A stretch of 64,000 bases of DNA from Octopus sinensis. Taxonomy: Eukaryota. Shown here one piece after another: positions 11,878 through 25,689 of the stretch. Location of the stretch: contig NC_042999.1 in assembly GCF_006345805.1 (NCBI RefSeq), forward strand, positions 9,548,001-9,612,000. Direction: 5' to 3'. The notes beneath the pieces are model-generated. The model was given only the letters and a program-made list of their open reading frames with translations, had not been told where the DNA came from and made no database searches. The position numbers and the translations under genes were made by a program. Numbering within the stretch: position 1 is the stretch's first letter; each line of letters begins with the position of its first letter.

Positions 11878-12445
11878 TAATATAAGATTAACATAGAATT
11901 TAAGGAGTAGGGTTGCGAGTTAACCAGGGATTTATAGAATTACCTGACAGGTTTAAAGTATGCAAATACTCGTCGAACCTGGCGCAAGCAATTCACCCTT
12001 AGTTTCGCTTGTCTATTTAGGGAGGCTACACTGATTTTGTAATAGCTTATAGGGTTCGGAGCAACATGATCTGCAGCCATAACTATTATTAGAATATGGA
12101 GAATCCCTTTTTAAAATGTCCCACATAACCTCCAAAAATATTATCGTCTTTCAATTACTATATTTTATCAGTCAATCAAGTGCTTGTAACTTTATGGCGG
12201 TGTTTAAATGAGGAGATGTGATTATGTAATCTCACTTTGAAATCAAGTGATGAACCGCTTATGTCGGTGAAGGTATTGTTATTGGTTTTTATGATACGTT
12301 TGTAACCGTAATGTTTCCGAGGCAGGCATCTTTAAGCGGACATTCAGCTGGTGCGGGATCTCCGACTCTACTTTTGTGTTCTTACTATCTAAATTTTAAA
12401 TACCCTATCCTATCGGATCCTGCAAATTTTATTGTGTGTGTGTGT

Positions 12446-12486
<41 letters not shown>

Positions 12487-12725
12487 GGTCCTGGTAGTAT
12501 AAAAAGCTAGGGTATTGCCACTGCAGCACTCAACCGGACGTATGGGTTGTCAACACTGTCGGATTCCAGACTTATACCGAAATTCTTCAGGTGTAGAAAA
12601 TCCTGCTTCCCCGATGGTAAAACCTTTGCCTGGATTTAGAAAAGAATAAAATAGAAACCATATAATACGACAAAGAGATACTTTAACACATCTTCAATGA
12701 ACAGTTACAAGTGTTTCTATACTAT

Positions 12726-13147
12726 AGGCGTAGGAGTGGCTGTGTGGTAAGTAGCTTCCTTACCAACCGCATGGTTCCGGGTTCAGTCCCACTGCGTGGC
12801 ACCTTGGGCAAATGTCTTCTACTATAGCCTCGGGCCGACCAAAGCCTTGTGAGTGGATTTGGTAGGTGAAAACTAAAAGAAGCCCGTCGTATATATGCAT
12901 ATATATATTTATGTGTGTGAATGTGTTTGTGTGTCTGTGTCCCCCACCTCACCCCCAACATCGCTTTACAGCTGATGCTGGTGTGTTTACGTCCCCGTAA
13001 CTTAGCAGTTCAGCAAAAGAGATCGATAGAATAAGTACTGAGCTTACAAAAGAATAAGTCCCGGGGTCGATTTGCTCGACTAAAGGCGGTGCTCCAGCAT
13101 GGCCACAGTCACATGACTGAAGCAAGTAAAAGAGTAAAAGAGAGAGT
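12726..13147 (+). mobile_element. SINE family A
   Basis: Complete head, internal (TA)/(TG) tract, tail. Confidence 0.9.
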
Positions 13148-13699
13148 AATATAAGATTAACATAGAATTTAAGGAGTAGGGTTGCGAGTTAACCAGGGAT
13201 TTATAGAATTACCTGACAGGTTTAAAGTATGCAAATACTCGTCGAACCTGGCGCAAGCAATTCACCCTTAGTTTCGCTTGTCTATTTAGGGAGGCTACAC
13301 TGATTTTGTAATAGCTTATAGGGTTCGGAGCAACATGATCTGCAGCCATAACTATTATTAGAATATGGAGAATCCCTTTTTAAAATGTCCCACATAACCT
13401 CCAAAAATATTATCGTCTTTCAATTACTATATTTTATCAGTCAATCAAGTGCTTGTAACTTTATGGCGGTGTTTAAATGAGGAGATGTGATTATGTAATC
13501 TCACTTTGAAATCAAGTGATGAACCGCTTATGTCGGTGAAGGTATTGTTATTGGTTTTTATGATACGTTTGTAACCGTAATGTTTCCGAGGCAGGCATCT
13601 TTAAGCGGACATTCAGCTGGTGCGGGATCTCCGACTCTACTTTTGTGTTCTTACTATCTAAATTTTAAATACCCTATCCTATCGGATCCTGCAAATTTT

Positions 13700-13742
<43 letters not shown>

Positions 13743-13981
13743 GGTCCTGGTAGTATAAAAAGCTAGGGTATTGCCACTGCAGCACTCAACCGGACGTATG
13801 GGTTGTCAACACTGTCGGATTCCAGACTTATACCGAAATTCTTCAGGTGTAGAAAATCCTGCTTCCCCGATGGTAAAACCTTTGCCTGGATTTAGAAAAG
13901 AATAAAATAGAAACCATATAATACGACAAAGAGATACTTTAACACATCTTCAATGAACAGTTACAAGTGTTTCTATACTAT

Positions 13982-14400
13982 AGGCGTAGGAGTGGCTGTG
14001 TGGTAAGTAGCTTCCTTACCAACCGCATGGTTCCGGGTTCAGTCCCACTGCGTGGCACCTTGGGCAAATGTCTTCTACTATAGCCTCGGGCCGACCAAAG
14101 CCTTGTGAGTGGATTTGGTAGGTGAAAACTAAAAGAAGCCCGTCGTATATATGCATATATATATATTTATGTGTGTGAATGTGTTTGTGTGTCTGTGTCC
14201 CCCACCTCACCCCCAACATCGCTTTACAGCTGATGCTGGTGTGTTTACGTCCCCGTAACTTAGCAGTTCAGCAAAAGAGATCGATAGAATAAGTACTGAG
14301 CTTACAAAAGAATAAGTCCCGGGGTCGATTTGCTCGACTAAAGGCGGTGCTCCAGCATGGCCACAGTCACATGACTGAAGCAAGTAAAAGAGTAAAAGAG
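13982..14400 (+). mobile_element. SINE family A
   Basis: Near-identical to 12726-13147. Confidence 0.9.
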
Positions 14401-14676
14401 AAACTGTTTTCAACGCCAGTGTACGTAAACGTCCGAAGTGAAAATTTACGATATAAGCAAAAAAAACGAAGTCTGGAAGTTGCACAGGGTAAGAGCGCAC
14501 CTTTGATGCAAGTCTGGAGAATTTTTTTAATATCAAAAAACCTCAAATTTTTAGAACGTCTTCACTTCGAGATGCTACATAAAATGGGGGTATAAAGTAA
14601 AGCTGCAGCTGGTGCAGAAACAATTGTAGCTGATCGTTAAAGATGTGTTAACGTATTTCTTTGCCTCTTCTGGATT

Positions 14677-14719
<43 letters not shown>

Positions 14720-14944
14720 TGTATGTATAAACTTGTTACCAGTTCAAATATGCTTGAAGCATATTCAAAGCCGTGTAAAAGTCATTTATTCACTTAATCT
14801 TCTCATGGAGAATGTTTCTCAGTGACGAAATACAGTCAATGGCTTTCTTATTGGTTTGAATATGCCTCAAGCACGTTTGAATTAGTAACAATTTTGTATT
14901 TATACACATCACTGCATACACACACAGACAGACAGACTGACTGT

Positions 14945-15260
<316 letters not shown>

Positions 15261-15262
15261 TG

Positions 15263-15960
15263 TTTCTTTATTAGCCACACAGGGCTGCACACAGATAGAA
15301 CAAATTACAAGGTAGAGCTTTTCTTTTGAAGGTATTAAAAAAAAAAAAAAAAAAAAAAAGGAAGGGGGAGGTTCGATCAAAAGGGATCGTAAAAGGAGAG
15401 AAAGAGGACAAAGATAAGGGGGGTTAAAAAAAAAAAAAAAAAAAGGGGGGGGGAGGAAAAAAAAATGATCAATAGGGATCGTTATCACAGAAATGTCAAT
15501 ATGAAGTGTAAAGGGGAGGACAGGTGAGGTTTACCCGTGGAAAGAAAAGCCTGCGGAAAAGACCACGGTAACCTCGGTCAATGAAGTCACATTTTATATT
15601 TCTTTTTTTTTTTTTTTTTTTTTGCAAATAAGCAACTCTCTGTTTTCGATCTCTGGGTTCATAGGACTATGCTCAAGGTGGCTTCGTCATTCATACGTGC
15701 CATTCTTGCTACATTCACCCATCTTTTTTTAAAACATTCGCTAGACAAAACTTGCCTCTCTACTCTCACTTTCCTTTTCAAGTGGTACTTGAAGAAGTTG
15801 ATGAGAGATTGACCAGAGAGGAAAGTGTTTGTCTCCAATCCTTTCAGACGCGTCCACCAGATACATTCTTTCGCCATAGCCACAAGGATGATGAAAATAG
15901 CTCTTCCTTCCCGTTTGAAGGAAGGAGGCGTGACAATATTGACGATAGACTCAGCTGATA
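15263..15960 (-). mobile_element. 5'-truncated copy of the Tx1-like LINE (ORF2 C-terminus and 3' UTR)
   Basis: Matches about 42966-43660 (FFKYHLKRKVRVERQVLSSECFKKRWVNVARMARMNDEATLSIVL; ends gctaataaagaaa); (GATA)n on both sides. Confidence 0.92.
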
Positions 15961-15964
15961 GATT

Positions 15965-16052
<88 letters not shown>
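15957..16052. repeat. (GATA)n microsatellite
   Basis: Direct reading. Confidence 0.95.
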
Positions 16053-16520
16053 TGTACTCACATAATATATAATATGTTATATTATTATATTACATATATA
16101 TATATATATACATATATACTGTTTCGAATTTGTGTGAATGTGTATAAAATAATATTTCAAGTTTTTTTATTCTGGTATTTTAACGTTAAAAAAATATTTT
16201 GTAATGCTCATATTATGAGAAGTGAAGAAAATGAGAATGCCGACGCATCGGTGATCATGTAATATCCTATAAACGCATGGGTGATCATGTAATATCCTAT
16301 AAACGCAAAATTTTTCTATATCACTTTCTGAATACCTTAAAGGATTTCAGACGAAAATTGCAAAGCCAATTCAATAACACAGATCTGCGAAATGGAACAT
16401 TTTGAAAACTGTTTTGATTATTCTTTGTTATTTCATATATTTTTGTAGCGTTAATCCGAAGTAGCATAAAAGCTCTTTTCAGTTGCATAAGGTTTTCTCA
16501 CAATTTACTCTTAAAATATC

Positions 16521-16739
16521 CAGTAATCCCTCGACTATCGCGGGTGTCACGATAGGTGAAAATCCGCGAAGTAGAAACAGGACTGTACTGTATATACCTT
16601 TTTTTTACTATTTTTATAATTTCTATATATTTATTGTATTATAAATGCAAAACAACACCATGGAGGGATCGACATGAGCTTAAATAATAAAGCGCGATAT
16701 GTGAACCGCGATAGATGAACCGCGATATGGCGAGGGATT
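16521..16739. mobile_element. pogo/Tigger-like MITE
   Basis: cagtaatccctcgactatcgcgg ... ccgcgatatggcgagggatt imperfect terminal inverted repeats. Confidence 0.55.
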
Positions 16740-17049
16740 TTTTAGACCGATGGAGGTTCCTAGCTCTACTGCCTCATGCACGTAAGAAAGAAGGAAACTT
16801 TGTGAAGCCTGGCTTTTGTCCAAGCATCTTTTAAGTCGCTGAAAATCATCCAGTTGTGATCTTCGAATTTAATCTTGTGTAAGAGTGACAGGGATGGCAG
16901 CTTATCTTTTACCATTTTGCAGTAGAAGAGCTTCTCTTTGAAGAGTCAATAAAGAGTTTCCATTTATCAAGACTTATGCCAAACTTACGTATTAGACCTC
17001 ATAAGTCTGTGCAATAAACCAAATCAATTATGGAATAGACAAAGGAGGA

Positions 17050-17105
17050 TCTCGTCTGCATAGACAGAAAGACTAGGAAGATAATGGCTACGCATGAATG
17101 CCTTG
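17050..17105 (+). pseudogene. R4/Dong-like ORF relic (IDRKTRKIM motif)
   Basis: ata gac aga aag act agg aag ata atg; short motif only. Confidence 0.3.
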
Positions 17106-17199
17106 ATATTATTATTATTATTAAGGCCGCGAGCTGGCAGAATCGTTAGCGCATCGGACAAACTGCTTAGCAGCATTACTTAATGAGTATCTTTCATTT

Positions 17200-18480
17200 G
17201 ATTTATTTAGTATCGTCAACGAAGGGATCAGTGCAATTTCAAACAAAATAGGAGAAGTTGTCCTCTTGAAAGGTTCTTCTTCTGATCTGCTAATCTTTAT
17301 GTTCCTCATGTCAATGTCTCATTGCATTTTCTCACGGCTATCTGACCTTCTCTGGGATCTTTAGGAGCTACTGTTATCACCTGACCACGGATGTGGAACC
17401 AGATCATATGTCTGGTTATAATCGATCCACGTGTTGCACATAAATTTATCAATTTCTGCAGTTCTTCAAACCATCCTAACCCCCATGACATCGGTTGACG
17501 TCAGTTTACTTGCGCTGTGTTCTCGATTTGAACAAGATGACGAAAATATACGCTGCCCTATGTGCTGCGGTTTTGTACCAGTTTGCGTCTCGGTTGATAA
17601 CAGAGACCACCGAATCGATAATAGAGGCCAGCGTGCAAATTTCAGGGAATTTCATAGGTTTGTTAGACTCTTCGTGTAAATATTTCCAACTCAGTTCGTG
17701 ACTTCATTACCATAATAGCATAAAAGCAGCTGTTTTGGCGGTGACATTACCATCGCCACTATGACTTCCTATCAAATTCATACACATTCAGCAAATTATT
17801 CTGCATCCAGCTACACCAATTTCGTTGAATTTACGGTCCTGGCCGTGATGACAGTTTACGTAAGTAAACAGTTCATGCTTTAAAGTGGTTGACGTTAATA
17901 TACGGCGAACCGTTGTCGTGCGCTTTTTGCTGATCTCGGCCGAGATGATAACCGTCAGCGCAAACCAGCTGCTTGAAAAAAAATAAAACCATTCTCATGG
18001 GGTTAATAATCATTAATTAGTCTTTCGTCCCCTTGCATTCTATTCGACAGTCTTTCTGTTCACCAAGTATCCAGTGTTTCTTTTATGGTTGTTGTTTTTT
18101 CCGCAGTTATCACCCTAAGAAAGTTCTACATAATTCGTAGACACGCAATTAGTCGCTAATATGGAGCAGCGTTTTCTGTGAATTTATCTTTCAGCATTAG
18201 ACAGGTTCTTCTTTTGTTAGCCACAGTTGTCTTCCCTCCGCCCTACATTTTTTACTTCTATCCCTATGGTTTATACCTTTTTAGCTTGTAAATATGAATC
18301 AGGTCTCGCCCTCTTGTTTTCCATTCTCCTAACTTTTTTAATTGCATTCGAATACTTACTTTCCTGGTGCTAACATTTTCTCCACACCTCAACATTGTCC
18401 GTGTAATTTTCCACTTATTTTATCGACAATGTTTAGAAGTTTTGCTCAAAACAAAATCTCATACCTTTCGACTCACACCT
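17200..18480 (-). pseudogene. Highly decayed R4/Dong-type reverse transcriptase
   Basis: Minus strand, in RT order: WLT..(18200 region), EQK..CR..ARG.KD-like (about 18020-18070), WIDYNQTYDLVPHPW (17380-17430, cf. WIDYKKAYDxVPHxW), IKISRSEEEPFKRTTSPILFEIALIPSLTILN (cf. IxRGIFQGDSLSPLLFxIALIPLS). Confidence 0.55.
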
Positions 18481-18616
18481 TTAATTATGAAATTTGCTTA
18501 CTTTTCCTCCCAATACTACTCTATACCTTGAGTTTCATCAGTTCAGGATTGACATAATAAAGTACCAGTCAAATATTTTGGACTGACGTATTTTTTATCT
18601 TCCCCTGAATTTTATA

Positions 18617-18722
<106 letters not shown>

Positions 18723-19399
18723 GTAGCTTCCTACTCTTCCTACACACTAGTATTTCTCCACAAACTTTTCGATATTTAAACATTTATCTACAACACTTAT
18801 TCAATATTCACTTCCATACACGCGGTTTGTTATCTCATAGATCTGTCTATGAAGATACCTAAACTAAACATAATCATAACTTTTACTTTATTTTTCTTTT
18901 TATTTTCGTCTCTTTTTTTCTTGTTTGATATCTAATATTCGATTATTAACTTTAATCGTTTCACAAATTAAATTCTTCGTTGATCAACTAAGAAATAACA
19001 AATATTTTTCGTAAAAATTCAGTCTTAACTTTCACCGAATTGATTTTTCACTAGCTTGTTTCTAACATTTCGTTATAATTAATATTTAAGTTAAATTAAT
19101 TACTTTACTAATCATAACCTTGCTAATTATATTTCAATCTTTAAAATGCTTTAACAGCTTAGTAAACAACTTTTAAAATGTCATTTTTTAATTTTTTTTC
19201 AGTTATTTACACTATCATTTATTTATTGTTCGTACAACTAATATTTCGTCGTTTTGCAATTAAGTTTTAAATGTTAGTTACGATTGTAAATAATAATATT
19301 TTATGAACAAACAATTTAACCAACCTCTTTCGCATTATCTTCCTTTCGACTTCTATTGCAGTCTAACTCTTACAGACATTTAATATTTTCAAGTTAGTT

Positions 19400-19530
19400 A
19401 CGTTCTGAGTTCAAATTCCGCCGAGGCCGACTTTACTTTTCATCGTCCCGGGGTAGATAAGTTAAGTACTAGTTGAGTACTGGAGTCGATCTAATCGGCT
19501 GGCCCCTCCCTCCAAATTTCGGGTCTTGAA
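19400..19530 (+). mobile_element. SINE family C fragment
   Basis: cgttctgagttcaaattccgccgaggccgactt matches 27740-27780. Confidence 0.7.
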
Positions 19531-19852
19531 TAGTCACAAAATAAATACAGGCAGAGTAGGAAAAAATTCCAGTGAACGATAAAATCGTTGCATATAGTAT
19601 TTTGTGAATATTATGTGGCATAAAGTATTTTTAACTCTTATTTTTAGTGATGCAGGTACTCACGTAGAACCCTTATATATATATATATATATATTATGCA
19701 TGCATGTGTGTATATACACAAGAATAGTTTACTGGAAATTGAGTGGAAAGGTAAGAATTCGGCTTCAATGAACCATATTGTCTACTATATGGATTGAGTA
19801 TTTCTCTCATTTTTTAAAAATGTAATCCAACGGTTGTCTACAAATATATAGT

Positions 19853-20140
19853 AGAGGCACATGGCCTAATAGTTAGAGCAGCGGACGAGGGATCGCGGGT
19901 TCGAATCTCATACCGGGCGATGTGTGTGTTTATGAGCAAAACACCTAAAGCTGCAAGTGGCTCCAGCAGAAGATAATGGCGAACTTCTGCATACTCCTTC
20001 GCATCAACTTTCTATTACTCTTTCTTCCTGCATCTGGCAGCTCACCTGAGACGGACCGGTGTCTCGTCCAGGTGGGGAACCTACACGCCAATGAAACCGG
20101 GGAATCGGCCCTTATGAGCCAGGCACGGCTCGAGAAGGAA
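19853..20140 (+). mobile_element. SINE family B-type (variant tail)
   Basis: gaggcacatggcctaatagttagagcagcgg..gggttcgaatctc head shared with 2120. Confidence 0.7.
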
Positions 20141-20147
20141 CAAACAA

Positions 20148-20212
<65 letters not shown>

Positions 20213-20731
20213 GTGTGTGTGTGTTGTGTGTGTGTGTGTGGTGTGTGTGTGTGTGTGGTGTGTGTGTGTGGCTGTGTCTTTGCCGTTTGAGAACAGGTAT
20301 TAGTTTTTGACGTCCAGATAACTTAACAGTTCGACGAAAGGAAATTGATAAAATCAGAACCAAACTTTAAAAGAAATAAGCCACAGGTTTGAACTAAACC
20401 TTGCAAGAGGCGCACCATGTTGTCTGCAGTTCACTGATTGAGATAGGAATAGAATAAGGGAATTACAGATGTCCTTGTTTTTGTATAAATTCGGTACTTT
20501 CTTCCAAGGAATCTAATGCTCTTAGCTTAGTTTTTCCTTGGGGTTGGCCAGATTGGAGCAATCTCAAGATCAATCAGCCGAAATTGCGAGGATAATCTGG
20601 TGCTTGACTGAGGATAGAAAGCTTCGAATGACCCGTCCTTGTTGTTTTGTTGTCCCTTTTTGTATCACCCAGTTGTCCGGAAGTTTTGCGTTTTTGTCCG
20701 ATTTTGTATTTTGTAAATATATAGTATATAC

Positions 20732-20794
<63 letters not shown>

Positions 20795-20864
20795 AGAATT
20801 CCCAAAAGAGCAAAAGAGAAGACAGGTAGAGAATTCACACACACACACACATATATATATATAT

Positions 20865-21656
20865 AGGCACAATCAGTGCGTGACCTGGGTATTTACATGA
20901 GTGATGACGCGACCTTTCGTGTACATGTTGCTAAATTGGCAATGAAATGTAGACGACTGGCCGGATGGATTCTCAGAACCTTTAGAACAAGAGAACAAGA
21001 AACCATGGTGGTCCTCTGGAAGACACTTGTCCTAAACCACTTTGACTATTGCTCTCAGCTATGGTCACCATCCAGTGTCAAGTTGATCATAGAACTTGAG
21101 GCGATCCAACGTAGCTACACGAAGAAGATAGCCTCTGTGCAGAATATAAGCTACTGGGAAAGACTCAAGAGATTAAAACTCTATTCCTTGGAGCGTAGGC
21201 GAGAAAGATATGCCATAATATACATCTGGAAGATCCTGGAGGGACGTGTCCCAAACTTTGGCATCGAGAGTTACATAAATGCCAGAACTGGGCGCCACTG
21301 CGTGGTGCCTAGGACTCCAAATTTGCCATCAAGATGTAGGACAAGATACTGTGATAGCCTGGGCTTCCGAGGCCCACAGCTCTTCAATATCCTCCCGAAG
21401 AACCTAAGAGACCTGCATGGGGTGGATGCAGATGTCTTTAAAATGAAACTGGATCTCTTCCTGTCAGGTATCCCAGATGAACCAACTTCACGGCAGGAGG
21501 TGCAGATGAGGGCAGCTGCATCGATTTCTCTCATGCACCAAATGGCAGTTGCTAAAAAGCATTCGTGAAGTAAAACCATGTAGCAACACCAAATGGCGGT
21601 GCCCAGCATGGCCACAGCTCGTGAGCTGAAACTAGAATCAATCAATCAATCAATCA

Positions 21657-21660
<4 letters not shown>
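20865..21660 (+). mobile_element. 5'-truncated copy of the CR1/L2-group LINE at 2590-6520
   Basis: Open frame 20876-21568 aligns to 5740-6432; 3' hairpin cagctc-gt-gagctg and (AATC)n tail; (TA)n flanks. Confidence 0.93.
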
Positions 21661-21701
<41 letters not shown>

Positions 21702-21722
21702 CAATACATAACTACATATATA

Positions 21723-22087
21723 ACAAGAGCCCTCAGAGAGCGAAAACCTCCACCAAGGCAACACCAATGTCCTCTCAACGATTAGCGGGAGATGATTTTT
21801 AAAATGAGAATATCTGTTAAAAACTCGACTGCTCTCACAAACGAGAATACTAAAAACGAACACGACGTCTCCCAAAAATTAGGTAAAAATAAACGGAAAA
21901 ATAATCAAGAATCCTTGCCCGGTACCAGATCGATCCCAAAATCTAATCAGTGCGTGCCAGTCACGAGGTCAAATATCCCTGAAAGTTTCATCGGGATCCA
22001 TCCAGCGATTCTTGCGATATTTTGTCCACGGACAAACAAACAAAGAAACAAACAAACACGACTGAAAACAATACCTCCGCCTCCGCA
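21723..22087 (+). mobile_element. Probable non-autonomous Helitron/Helentron-associated (DINE-like) element
   Basis: Starts aacaagag..aaaacctcc, has an (ACAA)n microsatellite, ends gaaaacaatacctccgcc; classified by general architecture only. Confidence 0.35.
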
Positions 22088-22094
22088 CACACAC

Positions 22095-22141
<47 letters not shown>

Positions 22142-22757
22142 TGCATACATATCGACACGCTCTGTACTCACCAGATCAGTGAGCGTAAAAATAATAAAAG
22201 CACTCAATCATCCATGTGAGGCCAATTTAATTTATGAAAACAACATTTTTACGACCGTTTATTTATTTTTAGTTCGTCTTTTCTAATTATCATTTTGTTC
22301 GGCGATAATCTTATTTTGTTTGGGTTTTTTTATGTCTTTGAACATAGTAGATTCTAATTAATTTAGAAATCGCTAGAAATGACTAACATCGGTTTCGACC
22401 ACAAATTTCATTGACATTGTGTTTTAGGTTGTATGTGGGCGGTAATGTCTCTCAAGACGAGAATCAAACACGGGATGTAACGAGCTATATACGGAAACTA
22501 AATATCATTCCAAAGTCTTCCCTCTGTTCCTTAAACTCCATTATTCCAAATTTTATTCCATGATTTCAGTCAGGAGAATCTTTCTCCATAAACAGTTCCA
22601 CTTCCATTTCTAACCGAGTCGCTACAATCACAACAGCCCAACACCAGTGTATTACAATGTCGCCCAACACCAGTGTATTACAATGTCGTTTTTTCTTGTT
22701 CTCTGCATTTTCTCCACCACCTCTCTCCCTCTTTCAATCTCTCTCAGTCTCTCTCAC

Positions 22758-22801
<44 letters not shown>

Positions 22802-22807
22802 TATATA

Positions 22808-24045
22808 CAGGGGTCCGACGAAATAATGGAAACAACTTAAAATTTCACACAAATTTATTTTAATATGGGGTAGGACTGCCTTTGGCAGCAATTACAGCTT
22901 GAATTTCTACGAGAAGTGTGGTTCGTATAAAGTTTGAATTGTTTCCAAAGGAATTTTTGTCTGTTCTTCAGCTAAAACAGTCTCCGGTTCTTGTTGTAAT
23001 GATGGTGGAGGATATCGACTCCTTACTTGTTTTTCTAAAATGCACCATAAATGTTCAATAATATTGAGATCTGGGGACTGTGGTGGCCAGATAAGATGTT
23101 CAACTTCATTTGAATGTTCCTCGTGCCATTCACTAACAACTTTAGCTGTGTGAATTGGTGCATTATCATCCTGGTGTTTCTCTCTGGAAACAGTTCCGCA
23201 ACCGTAGGATGAATTTGATGAGATAAAATGCTTAAATAATCTTGACTACTAATTCTGCCATGAATGGAAGCCATTGGGCTGGCAAATTTCCAAGATATAA
23301 CCCCCAAATCATCACAGATCATCCTCCATGTTTAACGGTTGGAAGAAGGCAGTCTGGGTCAAATGCTTCTTTTGACTGTCTCCACACATATACTCGGCCG
23401 GTGGTCAGAAATAAGGTAAAGGATGACTTGTCTGAGAAAATAACATTATTCCACTGCTCTAGGGACCAATTCTGTAGGTTTTTACTCCACTCTAAATGCT
23501 TTACAATGTTTGTTTTTTGAAAGTAGTAGTTTTCTGATTGCAGCCCTCCCGTAAAATCCGACTTTGTGTAGCTCCCAGTGAACAGTTTTTGTGGAAACTG
23601 GGTTCTCGAGGTGGTCATTGAGCTCTGCAGTAATTTTGGGAGCTGTACTTTCTAACAATTCGCGTAAGGGCCCGACAGTCCCTATCAGAAAGTTTTGGAT
23701 TTCTTCCGGAGTTTTGTTTCGACGGGAAAGTTTTTCCCTCTTACTTTCGAAACAGTACTTCTTGATGCACCAAACATTTCGGCTGTTTTCGTTACGCTAG
23801 CGCCTGCCATAGGAGCACCAATAATTTGACCTCTTTTGAAAGTCTGATAGATCTGTCATTTTAATGAATTTTAATTACCATTTTCTGATGATATCTGACA
23901 AGAAACAACAATTTTAGCAAAACATATTAAGCAACACTAATAATAAATCAAAAACAAAAACAAATAAGCATTTGATGGTTTTATAGATATTTCAAAATTA
24001 TGTTGCTATGATGCTAGGTGATTCCATTATTTTGTCCAACCCCTG
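22808..24045 (-). mobile_element. Tc1/mariner DNA transposon
   Basis: TIRs caggggtccgacgaaataatgga / tccattattttgtccaacccctg, TA at both ends. Confidence 0.9.
22860..23859 (-). pseudogene. Tc1-family DD34E transposase, frameshifted
   Basis: MTDLSDF..GQII; WNNVIFSDKSSF; TVKHGG; DNAPIHT; WPPQSPDLNIIEHLW. Confidence 0.88.
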
Positions 24046-24384
24046 TATATGCAGGGATTGTGTGAGCATGTATATGTTAAATAAAATGAGACAGTAATTA
24101 AATCCAATAAGTAAATCTATAACCAATTCCGAAATACGTAACTAAACAGAAACCAAACCTTTAAGTCATACAAAAAATATTACCTACAGTCTTCCATAGT
24201 ATAATATAAAAGTGAAAGCTTAATTACCACATTCATTCAATCTAATTATAGGCAGGATTAAACACTAGCTTTAAAATTAAACTACAAGAAACACATGAAT
24301 CTATGTCAATCTGTATCGGTATTAATAGTTAACCTACAATAACTAAATTATATACTAAATAGCAACGAATCTTTAAGTCCAAAT

Positions 24385-24432
24385 AATAATCCCACTAGTC
24401 TTCCATAGTTAATAAAGACTAGTGGGATTATT
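24385..24432. other. Perfect 18-bp stem hairpin at the end of an AT-rich unclassified segment
   Basis: aataatcccactagtctt / aagactagtgggattatt with a 12-nt loop, abutting (TA)n. Confidence 0.8.
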
Positions 24433-24679
<247 letters not shown>

Positions 24680-25164
24680 GGGAGGAGTGACGTATAATGT
24701 TTTTAGATAAATATCCAATATTAGTTTTCCTGCGAAGAGTAAAGAAGAGAGAGATTAAAGCAGAGTTTCTAACTAAGCTGATCCATCTAATTTACATACC
24801 GTTGCTGATAACGGTGGTTAATTCATTCATTCATATTGCACTACACAGCTGTTTTGGATAATTTCGAATGTAAGATATACATTTTGTAACAGATAAAACA
24901 TGAGATGTAGCCATCTTGTTTAATAGATAAAATCTGTGGCGCAACCGATTTGTTTCCTTTAAACTGTGAGGCTGTATAAAGTAAACAATTGTATGTTTAC
25001 TAAAACAAAATTCTACCTAGCATTTTAAATTTGCCAAAAAACATTGCGTAGCGTTCTCTGACTCAGTTAATTAAAGCACGTTGCCTAAACATTCTTTGTT
25101 ATGCAAATTAAACTCAGGAGTTTATTAATTCATGCCTTACATTTTGAATTATTTAGAAAGTAAG

Positions 25165-25490
25165 TGGTATTCCGTCGCTTACGACGACGAGGGTTCCAGT
25201 TAATCCGTTCGATGGAACAGCCTGCTCTTGAATTTAACGTGCAAGTGGCTGAGCTCTCCACAGACACGCATAATCTTAACATAAGTCCCAGAGAATTTCA
25301 GCGAGACAAAATATAACAAAGCTGGTCCCTTTCGAATCACAGGTACAACTCATTTTTGCCAGCTGGGCGGACTGGAGCAACGTGGAACAAAGTGCCTTGC
25401 CCAAGGACACAACGCGCTGCCGGGAATCGATCTCACGATCTTACAATCTGAAGCGGAATCGCCAAACCGCTAAGTAACGCGCCTTCTTGG
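25165..25490 (-). mobile_element. SINE family B
   Basis: tacgacgacgagggttcc..gcaagtggctgag..gggaatcga on the plus strand, reverse complement of the family B body and head. Confidence 0.75.
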
Positions 25491-25689
25491 ATTACTAATT
25501 ACTGCAGGGCGCATAACCTAATGGTTAAAGTGTTGGTCCTGCAATCTTAAGACCGTGCGATCAATTCCCGACTGGGCGACGCGGTTCTTGAGCAAATCTC
25601 TTTGTTTCTCAGTCTAAACCACTTTGGGTTTCTTCTACCAAAGTGTAACAGAGTAATATCTCATCTTGATTCCATGATTAACGAGAAAT

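Larger units (their letters stand above)
11878..14400 (+). repeat. Tandem duplication, unit about 1269 bp (unique segment plus SINE-A)
   Basis: 11881 tataagatta recurs at 13150; units near-identical apart from (GT)n length. Confidence 0.9.
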
